Assembly: GCA_035933995.1 (NCBI GenBank)
Contig: DASYYI010000387.1
Span: 2,962-26,961 of the forward strand
Source of the DNA: Candidatus Acidiferrales bacterium
GTDB taxonomy: Bacteria > Acidobacteriota > Terriglobia > Acidiferrales > UBA7541
DNA: 24,000 bases
Reading direction: 5' to 3'
The notes beneath the pieces were generated by a model. It worked only from the letters and a program-made list of their open reading frames with translations, was not told where the DNA came from and did no database searches. The stretch's first letter is position 1; every line of letters begins with the position of its first letter. Below are positions 7,891-15,185 of the stretch, one piece after another. The position numbers and the translations under genes are program-made.

Positions 7891-8061
7891 GTGTCGACCG
7901 AGAGTCCGTCCATTCGCGCGACCATCAGCTTTCCGCCTGATCTTTACCAATCTCTCGAAGGGATAGCACAGCAGAAAAAGGTTTCGCTTGCCTGGGTCGT
8001 TCGCGAGGCTGCGGAACAGTACATCGCGGACAAATGGCCGCTCTTCAAAGGTAAGGTGTGA
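7891..8061 (+). CDS. ribbon-helix-helix (CopG/Arc-type) DNA-binding protein, paralogue of 3462..3620, first gene of the Argonaute operon
   Basis: This is part of ORF 7825..8061 and encodes ..SIRATISFPPDLYQSLEGIAQQKKVSLAWVVREAAEQYIADKWPLFKGKV. My hand alignment to the first RHH gives 27 identical of 43 aligned positions, and most other positions are conservative. The start is ambiguous: in-frame GTG at 7891 or 7858, or ATG at 7825. I prefer a GTG because 7825 lies inside the inverted repeat and upstream of the -10-like box. Confidence 0.7.
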   Translation: MSTESPSIRATISFPPDLYQSLEGIAQQKKVSLAWVVREAAEQYIADKWPLFKGKV

Positions 8062-8105
8062 CCATGCCTTTGGCGGCGCAGGAGACTTATTTTTAGAACG
8101 TTTCA

Positions 8106-10070
8106 ATGGCCAATCAACAGACAACGCTTGGCGCTGGAAAAGACGATTACCACATCCACCTCAACTTCTTGCCGGTTGAGACGGGTGGTGCGCATTTTGT
8201 TATTTACCGTTGCAAATGCGCGTCTCCGCAGGAGCAGCGCCCGACCCCGCTGGCAAGCGCTCACAAGCTTCCGGCAACCTCCGCGGACGAAAAAGACTGG
8301 CAGTCCTACTGGGTGATTCCCGAAGCGGCGGAGGGTTTTGAAGCGTTTGATTTCCAACCGGAATGGAACGCCGACATAACGCGAAGGATCATGTTCGGAT
8401 GCCTGAGACAGTCCGTGGTGTCCCGGTTGAAAACCACGGAGTATCGCTTCCCGGAGAACAGCTTCATTGAGGAAGTCTCGTTCGTTATGCAGACGCATCA
8501 AGAGGGGGAGGAGGAACTTGTAGTGCAGCCCTACTCCCTCAAAGCAACCCGCCAGACGGGCTTCCTCGTCGATTTTCACTTCAGGCTCGGCAAGAACGTT
8601 CCATTCAGCCGGAAAATCCAGCAACTCAGCCTGAGCCTCGACAAGAACTTCCGGCGAAATGTCGATTATTACGTTGATCGATCCTCGAAGATTCGACGCT
8701 TCCTCGAAAGGAGATGGCCGGTCTTCGAGGGAATGACGCTGCCCGGCGGTTCCGCGCCGCTGCGGACATCCAAGGAATTTGTGGCGCTGCCGGCGGAGCG
8801 GCTTCGCCCGAAAGTCTATGTATTCTCCGGCGACAAGGAATCCAAGAGCCAGTTCACGGGCCTGCGCGACTTTGGGCCTCTCCAGCCGCTCGACAAACCT
8901 CCCCGGTTGCTTTTCGTATTTCGGGAACAGGACAGGCAAGCGGCGCGACGCCTCGCTCTTTCCCTAAAGGGATTGAAACAGCGCGGCCAGTTTAATTTTC
9001 CGGGCTTCAAGGATCTGTTTAAGACCGCTTTGGACATCGACGCGGACCCGGTAGTTCTTCCCGATCTCAGCGACAAATCGATGGAATCCGCGCTGAAGCG
9101 CGCGGAGACCGTCCGAAAGGATTCGCCCCGAGTTCTGCCCGTCATTGTTCTGCCGAACAACGAGGACAATGGCTACCTTGCTCAGAAGGCGCATTTTTCG
9201 CACGCGGGCATGCCCACACAGGTCTGCACGCTGCGAATTCTGGAGGACGAGGAATCGTTGAAATGGGCAATCGGAAACCTCGCGCTACAGATATTCTGCA
9301 AGGCGGGCGGAAAACCCTGGAAAGTTCGTCCCACGGCCGAGCATTCCCTCATCATCGGCATCAGCCAGTCCCACAAGTGCCGGGTGATCGACAAGCAAGT
9401 GCATGTCGATAAATATTTTGCGTTCTCCGTCCTGACCGACAGCAGCGGCTTGTTCCAGCAGATTCAGGTGCTGGGGGATTCCGAGGATCACTCCACCTAC
9501 ATCAGCGCGCTTCGCGCCAATTTGAAAAAAGTCCTGGAGGAAAACGCGGGCGCGTTCAATCGCGTCGTCATCCATACCTCCTTCAAGCTCAGGCACGAGG
9601 AGATCAAAGCCATACAGCAAACCGCCCACGATGTCGCCACCGCCACGGATCGCGCCAAATGCAGGTTCTCCGTCATCAAGGTGAACCATAAGAGCCGGTT
9701 CTTCGGCATCAACCGCTCCGTCAACAGCCTCGTGCCCTTCGAGGCGACGAAGGTTCGGCTCAGTTCCAGCGAACACCTTCTGTGGTTTGAAGGCATCTAC
9801 CCGGATAAGCCGAACGTGACCAAGGCTTTTCCCGGCCCCACGCATCTCCAATTTCTTCGCGTGAACGACGATGCGGCCGAGCCCGCCGAGCAGCGCGAGC
9901 TATTGCAGGATTTGGTGAATCTTTCCGGGGCCAATTGGCGGGGATTCAACGCCAAGAGCGCTCCCGTATCCGTTTTCTATTGTCATCTGGTCGCCGATCT
10001 TGTTCATGATTTCCATGAGCGAGGACTTCCGATGCCAGCCGTGCAAGACATTCGGCCTTGGTTCCTGTGA
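8106..10070 (+). CDS. prokaryotic Argonaute (pAgo), catalytically inactive PIWI, MID with YKQK-type 5'-end pocket, short N-terminal region with no obvious PAZ
   Basis: 654-aa ORF. MID motifs: NGYLAQKAHFSHAGMPTQVCTL (Y357, K361, Q372) and LALQIFCKAGGKPWKV (K399). PIWI motifs: SLIIGISQSH where slicers have GxDV (S420), and RVVIHTSFKL where slicers have HRDG (S492). The C-terminal APVSVFYCHLVADLV is typical of a PIWI end. Only about 265 aa precede the MID Rossmann start (PRLLFVFREQD). The upstream frame is closed by TAG at 8094, so ATG 8106 is the start. Confidence 0.9.
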   Translation: MANQQTTLGAGKDDYHIHLNFLPVETGGAHFVIYRCKCASPQEQRPTPLASAHKLPATSADEKDWQSYWVIPEAAEGFEAFDFQPEWNADITRRIMFGCLRQSVVSRLKTTEYRFPENSFIEEVSFVMQTHQEGEEELVVQPYSLKATRQTGFLVDFHFRLGKNVPFSRKIQQLSLSLDKNFRRNVDYYVDRSSKIRRFLERRWPVFEGMTLPGGSAPLRTSKEFVALPAERLRPKVYVFSGDKESKSQFTGLRDFGPLQPLDKPPRLLFVFREQDRQAARRLALSLKGLKQRGQFNFPGFKDLFKTALDIDADPVVLPDLSDKSMESALKRAETVRKDSPRVLPVIVLPNNEDNGYLAQKAHFSHAGMPTQVCTLRILEDEESLKWAIGNLALQIFCKAGGKPWKVRPTAEHSLIIGISQSHKCRVIDKQVHVDKYFAFSVLTDSSGLFQQIQVLGDSEDHSTYISALRANLKKVLEENAGAFNRVVIHTSFKLRHEEIKAIQQTAHDVATATDRAKCRFSVIKVNHKSRFFGINRSVNSLVPFEATKVRLSSSEHLLWFEGIYPDKPNVTKAFPGPTHLQFLRVNDDAAEPAEQRELLQDLVNLSGANWRGFNAKSAPVSVFYCHLVADLVHDFHERGLPMPAVQDIRPWFL

Positions 10071-10076
10071 GCTACT

Positions 10077-11162
10077 ATGACGAGCCGCTCTAAAGACATC
10101 ATCTTTCTACTTGGCGCGGGGGCAAGCGCCGAGGCGGGCATCCCCGTTTCCGGCGAGATGATCAATCTGGTGGAAAAGTCGCTTAAGGCGGGCACGGAGC
10201 AGGGCCTGTACCATCACGTCAAAAGCGCCATTCATTTTTCTGCGGGACTCAAAGGCCGCTTTGGCAACGCGGTTCCGTTCAACATCGAGACGCTGGTAAA
10301 CACTTTGTATGAGCTGGAGCGAAACGAAGAACATCCCTTGTATCCGTTCATTGCGGCGTGGAGTTCCCGGTTTGTCGCTCTCGCGGGGCCGGACTTCGGC
10401 GAAGTGCGTCGCTTCCGGCAGCGCATCCTCGCGGACTTAAAGAAATGGATGTGTCCCGAGGACTCGGCCAAAGCCGATTACTACCGGGGCCTGATCGCGC
10501 TCCAGCGCGACCTCAACTATCCTTTGCACGTTTTCTCTTTGAATTACGATCTCTGCGTTGAAGGTCTGAATACTTCGGAGTTTCGCGTCGAAACAGGCTT
10601 CGCCAACTTTGGCCCCAGCCACTCCTGGGACTGGGAGCGTTTCGTGGACATGGAAACCAGCAACAATATCGCTCCGCAGCTTGTCCTCTATAAGCTGCAC
10701 GGGTCCATCAACTGGAAGCGAAGCCCCGAAACCAAAGAGCTATTCTGCGTGCAGCAAATCGAGAGCGTCGATGCGGAAAAAATGGAAGTCATCTTCGGAC
10801 GCGAGTTCAAGCTGGAAGCCGCAGACCCGTATCTGTTCTTCGCGTACAAATTCCGGGATCTGTCACTGGTGACGAAGCTCATCGTCACCTTGGGATACGG
10901 GTTCGGCGACGTGCACATCAATAAGATGCTGACGCAAAGTCTACGCACCGATTCAGAGCGCCGCCTCCTCGCAATTCAGGGCTGCGAGGAAAAAGATTGC
11001 GTCAAGAAAGCTAATGAAATCGAGGGACTTCTGGAGCTCGGTGATGACCGGACGTACCAAGTGATTGTTCAACCAGGCTCGGCAAAACAATTCCTGGAAA
11101 CTCCGAAACTGAACGAGCAGCTTGTAAAGTTAATTCCGCCGAGCAAAGACGTTCCGTTCTGA
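10077..11162 (+). CDS. SIR2-like (SIR2_2 type) protein, putative NAD+-consuming effector
   Basis: 361-aa ORF starting 6 nt after the pAgo stop. Motifs: IIFLLGAGASAEAGIP (Rossmann NAD motif, aa 8-23), FSLNYD (N156, D158), LYKLHGSINW (H208) and TLGYGFGD. It is too short to include an APAZ-type adaptor as well. Confidence 0.85.
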   Translation: MTSRSKDIIFLLGAGASAEAGIPVSGEMINLVEKSLKAGTEQGLYHHVKSAIHFSAGLKGRFGNAVPFNIETLVNTLYELERNEEHPLYPFIAAWSSRFVALAGPDFGEVRRFRQRILADLKKWMCPEDSAKADYYRGLIALQRDLNYPLHVFSLNYDLCVEGLNTSEFRVETGFANFGPSHSWDWERFVDMETSNNIAPQLVLYKLHGSINWKRSPETKELFCVQQIESVDAEKMEVIFGREFKLEAADPYLFFAYKFRDLSLVTKLIVTLGYGFGDVHINKMLTQSLRTDSERRLLAIQGCEEKDCVKKANEIEGLLELGDDRTYQVIVQPGSAKQFLETPKLNEQLVKLIPPSKDVPF

Positions 11163-11358
11163 TCCCCAGTTGCGTTCACACATCCCTTACTTGAAAACTC
11201 GTGACGCCGTGGAAGGTCTTGTGGGGGTGGTGGAGAGCCGCTACGATTTGGGAATGTTGAAGTCGGCCTGCGTAGGGTCGAGGACTGGTGCGTCACTCCG
11301 CAGATTCGGCACATGCAATGACCGAATCGGAAGCTCGTTGCCAGCCCCCGCCACCTCA

Positions 11359-11391
11359 AACCGAGCGTGCAGATTTCCCGCACTCGGCTTA
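11359..11391 (-). ncRNA. group II intron domain V (catalytic hairpin)
   Basis: The minus strand reads AAGCCGAGUGC GGGAAAUCU GCACGCUCGGUUU. It has the AGC triad at the base, a helix of AAGCCGAG with CUCGGUUU, and a 2-nt bulge on the 3' strand. Length and shape are canonical. It lies about 20 nt downstream of the RT/maturase stop. Confidence 0.75.
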
Positions 11392-11413
11392 CCTGTCGGC
11401 TTCCCGTCGAGGG

Positions 11414-12729
11414 TTATGAGACCGTGGCTGATCGAAGGGCCTGTGTGGGAAACCAAGGCCGTCGAACGCGGTAATCATCAAAGAGTCCGAGTTGACGACA
11501 CAGCTCGCGTCCATCCATTCGCTTCCAGCCAAAACCTTGACGTTTCCGTGCCCGCATCAGATGCCGCCTAATCTTCTTGTCTATCCAGTCGCGGACAAAA
11601 GCAAAGCACCGACTCGAATGGCCTGCAGGAAAGTAGTTCACCCAACCTCGCAGAATCGGGTTGATACGTGCGACCACCCTTGCCACGGGTTGACTGACGT
11701 GCTGCTGGAAGATCTCCCTGAGCTTTGCCAGCAGTGCCGTTCGCTTTTTCAGCTTCGGCACTAACTGAGGCCGCCACACTTTGTTCCGACTCAAAACGTG
11801 ACGATACTCAAAGCCCAAGAATGAGAAACACTCTCCCTTGGCCAGATCGATAGTTCGGCTCTTCTCTTCATTGACCTCAACTCGGAGTTTCGCCAACTCC
11901 TCCCGCAGTCGCCTTTCCACCGCCCTCACTAGCCAGTCATGCCGCCGTTGCCGTCCACCAGGATCACCAGATCGTCCGCGTATCTCGCATACTGAACGTT
12001 GGTGTATTTGCCCCGCCGCGTGGTTGCAATCGCCTTTTCCAGCATTCGGTCGACCTCATTGAGATAGACGTTGCTGAGCAGAGGCGAGACAACTCCGCCT
12101 TGCGGGACTCCCTTCTTCTCAGTGGATTTCAAGATCATCTTGAGCAGCTTCATCACCGCATCATCCTGTATCCTCCCCGCTACCTTTTCCATCAGCAGAG
12201 CGTGCTGAACGTTGTCAAAGTAGGCGCGCAGGTCGATGTCGATGACGCGAGTCATGCACTGAACGATCGCCCGTTCTACACGGCCCACGGCCTGATGCGC
12301 TGTCCGTTTGGGCCGATATCCATACGATCCCGGTTGGAAGTCAGCTTCGAAGATCGGCTCCAGAATGAGCTTGAGTGCTCCCTGGACCACACGGTCGCGG
12401 ATAGAGGGAATCGAGAGAACACGGACTTTGCCGCCGTCCTTCGGTATTTCCTTCTTCCGCACCCGCATGGGCCGATACGTGTTTGAGACCAGTTCGTCTC
12501 TGATCCTCTGAAGGAACGTCTCCAGTCCGCTTTCTTCGATAGCGTCGAAGGTAACTCCGTCGATTCCCGGAGCACCGTCATTGTGTTTCGCCATCTGGTA
12601 GGCTTCGTGAATTGTTTCCATCTTGCAGATATGGACGTACAGTCCCCAGAAACGCCAGGCAGGTTCAGCCTTCGCCTTGACGTATAGGCTCCTCCTCAGG
12701 TTCTGCAAACTGATAGGCGTGTTTGTCAT
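11414..12729 (-). pseudogene. group II intron reverse transcriptase/maturase (IEP), split by a frameshift near 11945-11960
   Basis: ORF 11929..12729 encodes ..GAPGIDGVTF..LSIPSIRDRVVQGALKLILEPIFEADF..GYRPKRTAHQA..IDLRAYFDNV..GVPQGGVVSPLLSNVYLNEVD..YARYADDLVILVDGNGGMTG followed by a stop. The homologous continuation RQRRHDWLVRAVERRLREELAKLRVEVNEEKSRTIDLAKGECFSFLGFEY..RINPILRGWVNYF is in another frame (ORF 11414..11929). Together they make about 437 aa of RT plus X/maturase, with no HNH endonuclease domain. A single-base indel or a sequencing error explains the split. Confidence 0.85.
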
Positions 12730-13345
12730 CCGCCCTTGCCTCCCTTTTGTCAGAGCCGTTACCTACAGCAGGGCTCCTTTGCTCGACGGGAATTACCCCG
12801 CTTCGTCGCTACTACGAGCCCCTCCGTCACCCTCTCGTCGTCTGCCGATTTCCCGTGTCCCAGTTATACGGCTTCCTGCTCCGCCGATTGCTCGGCGGGA
12901 AGAGGAGGGTTTCTCCAGTTGCTCAATGCGTCCTTGTCATCGTGCTGTCGCTAGTACCCCGCCGGAGTGGTCCGTCGCTTCAGTCAGTCCGCGACGCTCC
13001 ATGCTGCCTTCACCCTGCTAGCAAGGGCTCGGCCTCCAGGGCGTCCGTTTTCGAGGCTACATTCGCGTTCACGTAAGTTACGGCCCGATGACTCGCTCAC
13101 CATCCTGAAGATGGCTTTGTCGATAGGCTTCAGAGATTCAATTTCTTTCCTCCCTGCTATCCAAGCTACGAGGCTCTGACTTTTGCCTCGGCGAGTTTAC
13201 CTCCCACTGAACACATCAGCATTTTCTGGACACGCGCTAGCACACGGCTGCGCCAGTCGCAAACCTCTCTCCTGTCACACCCGTTGCCATCCGCTCCAGC
13301 CTCCTAATGCGCTGCATCTTTCCGTTCCTCCTGTGGGCGCGGCGC

Positions 13346-13377
13346 TTTGGTTCCTCTTCCTGGGTGAAGGAACCAAA
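13346..13377. repeat. perfect 10-bp inverted repeat (hairpin) just upstream of the orphan methyltransferase RBS
   Basis: The sequence is TTTGGTTCCT cttcctgggtga AGGAACCAAA. No T-tract follows on either strand, so it is not a classical terminator. It could be an operator or an RNA structure. Confidence 0.3.
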
Positions 13378-13399
13378 TCACCTAACAGGAGAACAGAAA

Positions 13400-14062
13400 A
13401 TGAAATCAGATCAAATCAATTCTCAAATCAACAAAGGATTCTCAAACACTCTGCTGCACGGCAATTGCGTGGAATTGCTTACCGCAATATCGTCAGGCAG
13501 TGCCGACTTCGTGCTCACCGATCCGCCGTACATGGTCAATTATTCATCCAGCGATGGGCGCACCGTCCCCAACGACGATAACGACGCCTGGGTTAAACCG
13601 GCTTTTAAAGAAATTTATCGCGTGCTACATTGGAATCGCTTCTGCGTGAGTTTTTATAGCTGGAACAAGGCCGATAAATTCCTTGCAGCTTGGCGCGAAG
13701 CGGGCTTCCGCATAGTCGGGCACTTGACCTTCATCAAGAAGTACGCCTCGACCGAGCGCTTCCTTCGCTACCAGCACGAGAACGCTTACTTGCTGGCGAA
13801 GGGCAATCCGCAGAAGCCGGTCCGCACAATCCCAGACGTTTTGGAGTGGGAATACAGCGGCAACAATCTTCATCCGACTCAGAAGCCGCTTTGCGTCTTA
13901 TCGCCTTTGATTGAATCCTTTTCCAATCGGGGCGACCTAGTGCTCGACCCGTTCTGCGGTTCCGGTTCAACGCTCGTCGCCGCGCAGCAGCTAGGCCGGC
14001 GCTTCATTGGCATTGAGCTTTCCAAACGCTACTTCGATCTAGCGGAGCATCGGCTCTGCTAG
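13400..14062 (+). CDS. orphan beta-class DNA methyltransferase (N6-adenine/N4-cytosine, DPPY)
   Basis: This is the internal ATG of ORF 13307..14062, preceded by AACAGGAGAACAGAAA. It encodes 220 aa: MKSDQINSQINKGFSNTLLHGNC..FVLTDPPYMVNY (motif IV) ..NLHPTQKPLCVL.. VLDPFCGSGSTLVAA (motif I). The order IV then I indicates beta class. No cognate nuclease is adjacent. Confidence 0.85.
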   Translation: MKSDQINSQINKGFSNTLLHGNCVELLTAISSGSADFVLTDPPYMVNYSSSDGRTVPNDDNDAWVKPAFKEIYRVLHWNRFCVSFYSWNKADKFLAAWREAGFRIVGHLTFIKKYASTERFLRYQHENAYLLAKGNPQKPVRTIPDVLEWEYSGNNLHPTQKPLCVLSPLIESFSNRGDLVLDPFCGSGSTLVAAQQLGRRFIGIELSKRYFDLAEHRLC

Positions 14063-14132
14063 GCTCTGGCGGCTGATCATAAAACGGCCAGTCAAAGAAT
14101 CATGGCGCACACTCATGATAAGCGTGTGGGAA

Positions 14133-14624
14133 TCAGGAAAGGGAGGCGCTAGGAAAGTCGTGTTGGCTGACCGTGCCGCACCTCTCACAGATGAAAGCTC
14201 GGTTCCACTGAGCGTATTGCGTTTGGTAGGAAGAATTGTGCCTCCAGAACAGAACCAGCAGGAGAATGAACACACACGCAGAAAGCACGCCGTAAATTGT
14301 CAAAGGCATTGAAGACACGGTCGAAGAATTCTTCGTAATGGTATTCACATAAAAAACTATCCAGCCGACCGATAGAAACACCAAGACTGACCAGCCGAAA
14401 AACTTTCGGTACGACCATTTCTTCGGAGGAGTCAGTCCTTTGGAAACGTCCGTTTGCTGCGTGCCTTTTGTGGTCCCTCTGCCAACCACCAAGTCCGGCC
14501 CTTCGCTTCCAATCACTACGCCGCGCATCCGCGTGCGCACGTTTAACCGAGAAAGTCCTTCCTGGTAGGCGAGGGAAACCTTCTTTAGGTCCGTGCTGTG
14601 ACAATTCGGGCAGCGTAAATCCAT
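14133..14624 (-). CDS. zinc-ribbon membrane protein of unknown function
   Basis: This is the internal ATG (14624) of ORF 14133..14861. It encodes MDLRCPNCHSTDLKKVSLAYQEG.., two hydrophobic helices (FFGWSVLVFLSVGWIVFYV and LTIYGVLSACVFILLLVLFW), and a C-terminal CERCG. The paired CxxC motifs suggest a split zinc ribbon. The 79 codons upstream of this ATG look non-protein-like. Confidence 0.55.
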   Translation of the reverse strand: MDLRCPNCHSTDLKKVSLAYQEGLSRLNVRTRMRGVVIGSEGPDLVVGRGTTKGTQQTDVSKGLTPPKKWSYRKFFGWSVLVFLSVGWIVFYVNTITKNSSTVSSMPLTIYGVLSACVFILLLVLFWRHNSSYQTQYAQWNRAFICERCGTVSQHDFPSASLS

Positions 14625-14734
14625 CGCATCACCCAGTAATCGCCCGTTCGAGATGAATATATCTCTATTCCAATTGCCCTTCCAGTTGAAAGATCTCGAA
14701 TTTTTTGACCGCGAACAACCAACCGCCGCAATTC

Positions 14735-14980
14735 TCATTTCGACCTCTTTCTGCAAGTTCGTTCGACTGGAGTTGGACCAGCCTGCACGACCGGCCGCTC
14801 CCCGGACATTCTCAACAGTCGCTCCATCGTGCCAGCAGACTTCAGTTGCTCCAACGCCCACTCCAGAAGCAGCTCTCCAATATTCCCAAGCGTTCGTCTC
14901 TCGCGAGCAGCGAACTCTTCCAGCTCAACTCGCAGATCTTGTCGGATACGCAGACTGAGTGGTGCCTTCCATTCGCCCAT
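14735..14980 (-). CDS. putative ribbon-helix-helix (Arc/CopG-like) protein
   Basis: 81-aa ORF encoding MGEWKAPLSLRIRQDLRVELEEFAARERRTLGNIGELLLEWALEQLK... It has the strand-helix-helix pattern typical of RHH proteins. GAGGG lies about 11 nt upstream of the ATG. Confidence 0.5.
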   Translation of the reverse strand: MGEWKAPLSLRIRQDLRVELEEFAARERRTLGNIGELLLEWALEQLKSAGTMERLLRMSGERPVVQAGPTPVERTCRKRSK

Positions 14981-14997
14981 TGCATCAAACCCTCGGG

Positions 14998-15177
14998 TTA
15001 AACTGCTTCGCGTTCATTTGCATCTCCAGTTTCCGCCAATTTCAGACTCGCGCGGAACTTTTGCTTCATCTTGGTCGGTTTTCCTACCACGCATTCTGCG
15101 CACTCTTGCTTTGCGGTCGCCCAATGGTATGGCGATGCTTCCACCGCAACTAGGTTCCTCGCTGTGATCTTCTGCAT
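14998..15177 (-). CDS. small hypothetical protein (59 aa)
   Basis: This is the internal ATG of ORF 14998..15363. It encodes MQKITARNLVAVEASPYHWATAKQECAECVVGKPTKMKQKFRASLKLAETGDANEREAV. It starts 8 nt after the stop of the upstream ORF and ends 17 nt before the RHH gene start. No family was recognised. Confidence 0.25.
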   Translation of the reverse strand: MQKITARNLVAVEASPYHWATAKQECAECVVGKPTKMKQKFRASLKLAETGDANEREAV

Positions 15178-15185
15178 TCGGCTCG

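Larger units (their letters stand above)
11273..13245 (-). mobile_element. bacterial group II intron (about 2 kb) with an En-less RT/maturase ORF in domain IV; boundaries tentative
   Basis: The RT ORF has a YADD motif. Domain V is at 11359-11391. The minus strand has a domain III-like segment, GGGGCTCGTAGTAGCGACGAAGCGGGGTAATTCCCG, just 5' of the ORF. Candidate 5' end: GTGTG at 13245-13241, with an alternative GTGTG at 13280-13276. Candidate 3' end: ..CCTCGACCCTAC at 11273, closing a domain VI-like helix (CGGGGGCTGG / CCAGTCCTCG) with an unpaired A 7 nt from the end. I could not find convincing EBS/IBS pairings, so both ends may be off by tens of nt. Confidence 0.75.

Noticed and set aside
8103-8939. 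A 278-aa minus-strand ORF overlapping the Argonaute 5' region, and similar antisense ORFs at 3728-4381, 5084-5602, 9285-9851 and 18553-19245
   Set aside because: These are shadow ORFs opposite confidently identified genes. They have no motifs, no RBS, and low-complexity Arg/Leu/Ala-rich sequences.
11414-12729. The reverse transcriptase as a defence RT (retron, DRT/UG, AbiK-like) linked to the Ago-SIR2 system
   Set aside because: The RT is followed by a maturase X domain and a canonical group II intron domain V about 20 nt downstream. Intron domain I-III-like RNA lies upstream. It is on the opposite strand to the defence operon.
11163-13318. A small ORF (about 57 codons, AGGAGG RBS, ATG at 13318 on the minus strand) that would be created by joining the predicted intron exons
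   Set aside because: It depends entirely on my tentative splice junctions. The product (MQRIRRLERMATGVTGERFATGAAAGRLQHSQ...) has no recognisable features. It could easily be a chance open frame in GC-rich DNA.
13307-13399. The upstream start (13307) given by the ORF track for the orphan methyltransferase; likewise the 7825 start for RHH2, the 3297 start for RHH1 and the 14861 start for the Zn-ribbon protein
   Set aside because: The N-terminal extensions are non-protein-like (Cys/Arg/Trp-rich). They overlap regulatory repeats or intron-flanking sequence. Internal starts with better RBS or homology-consistent N-termini exist.
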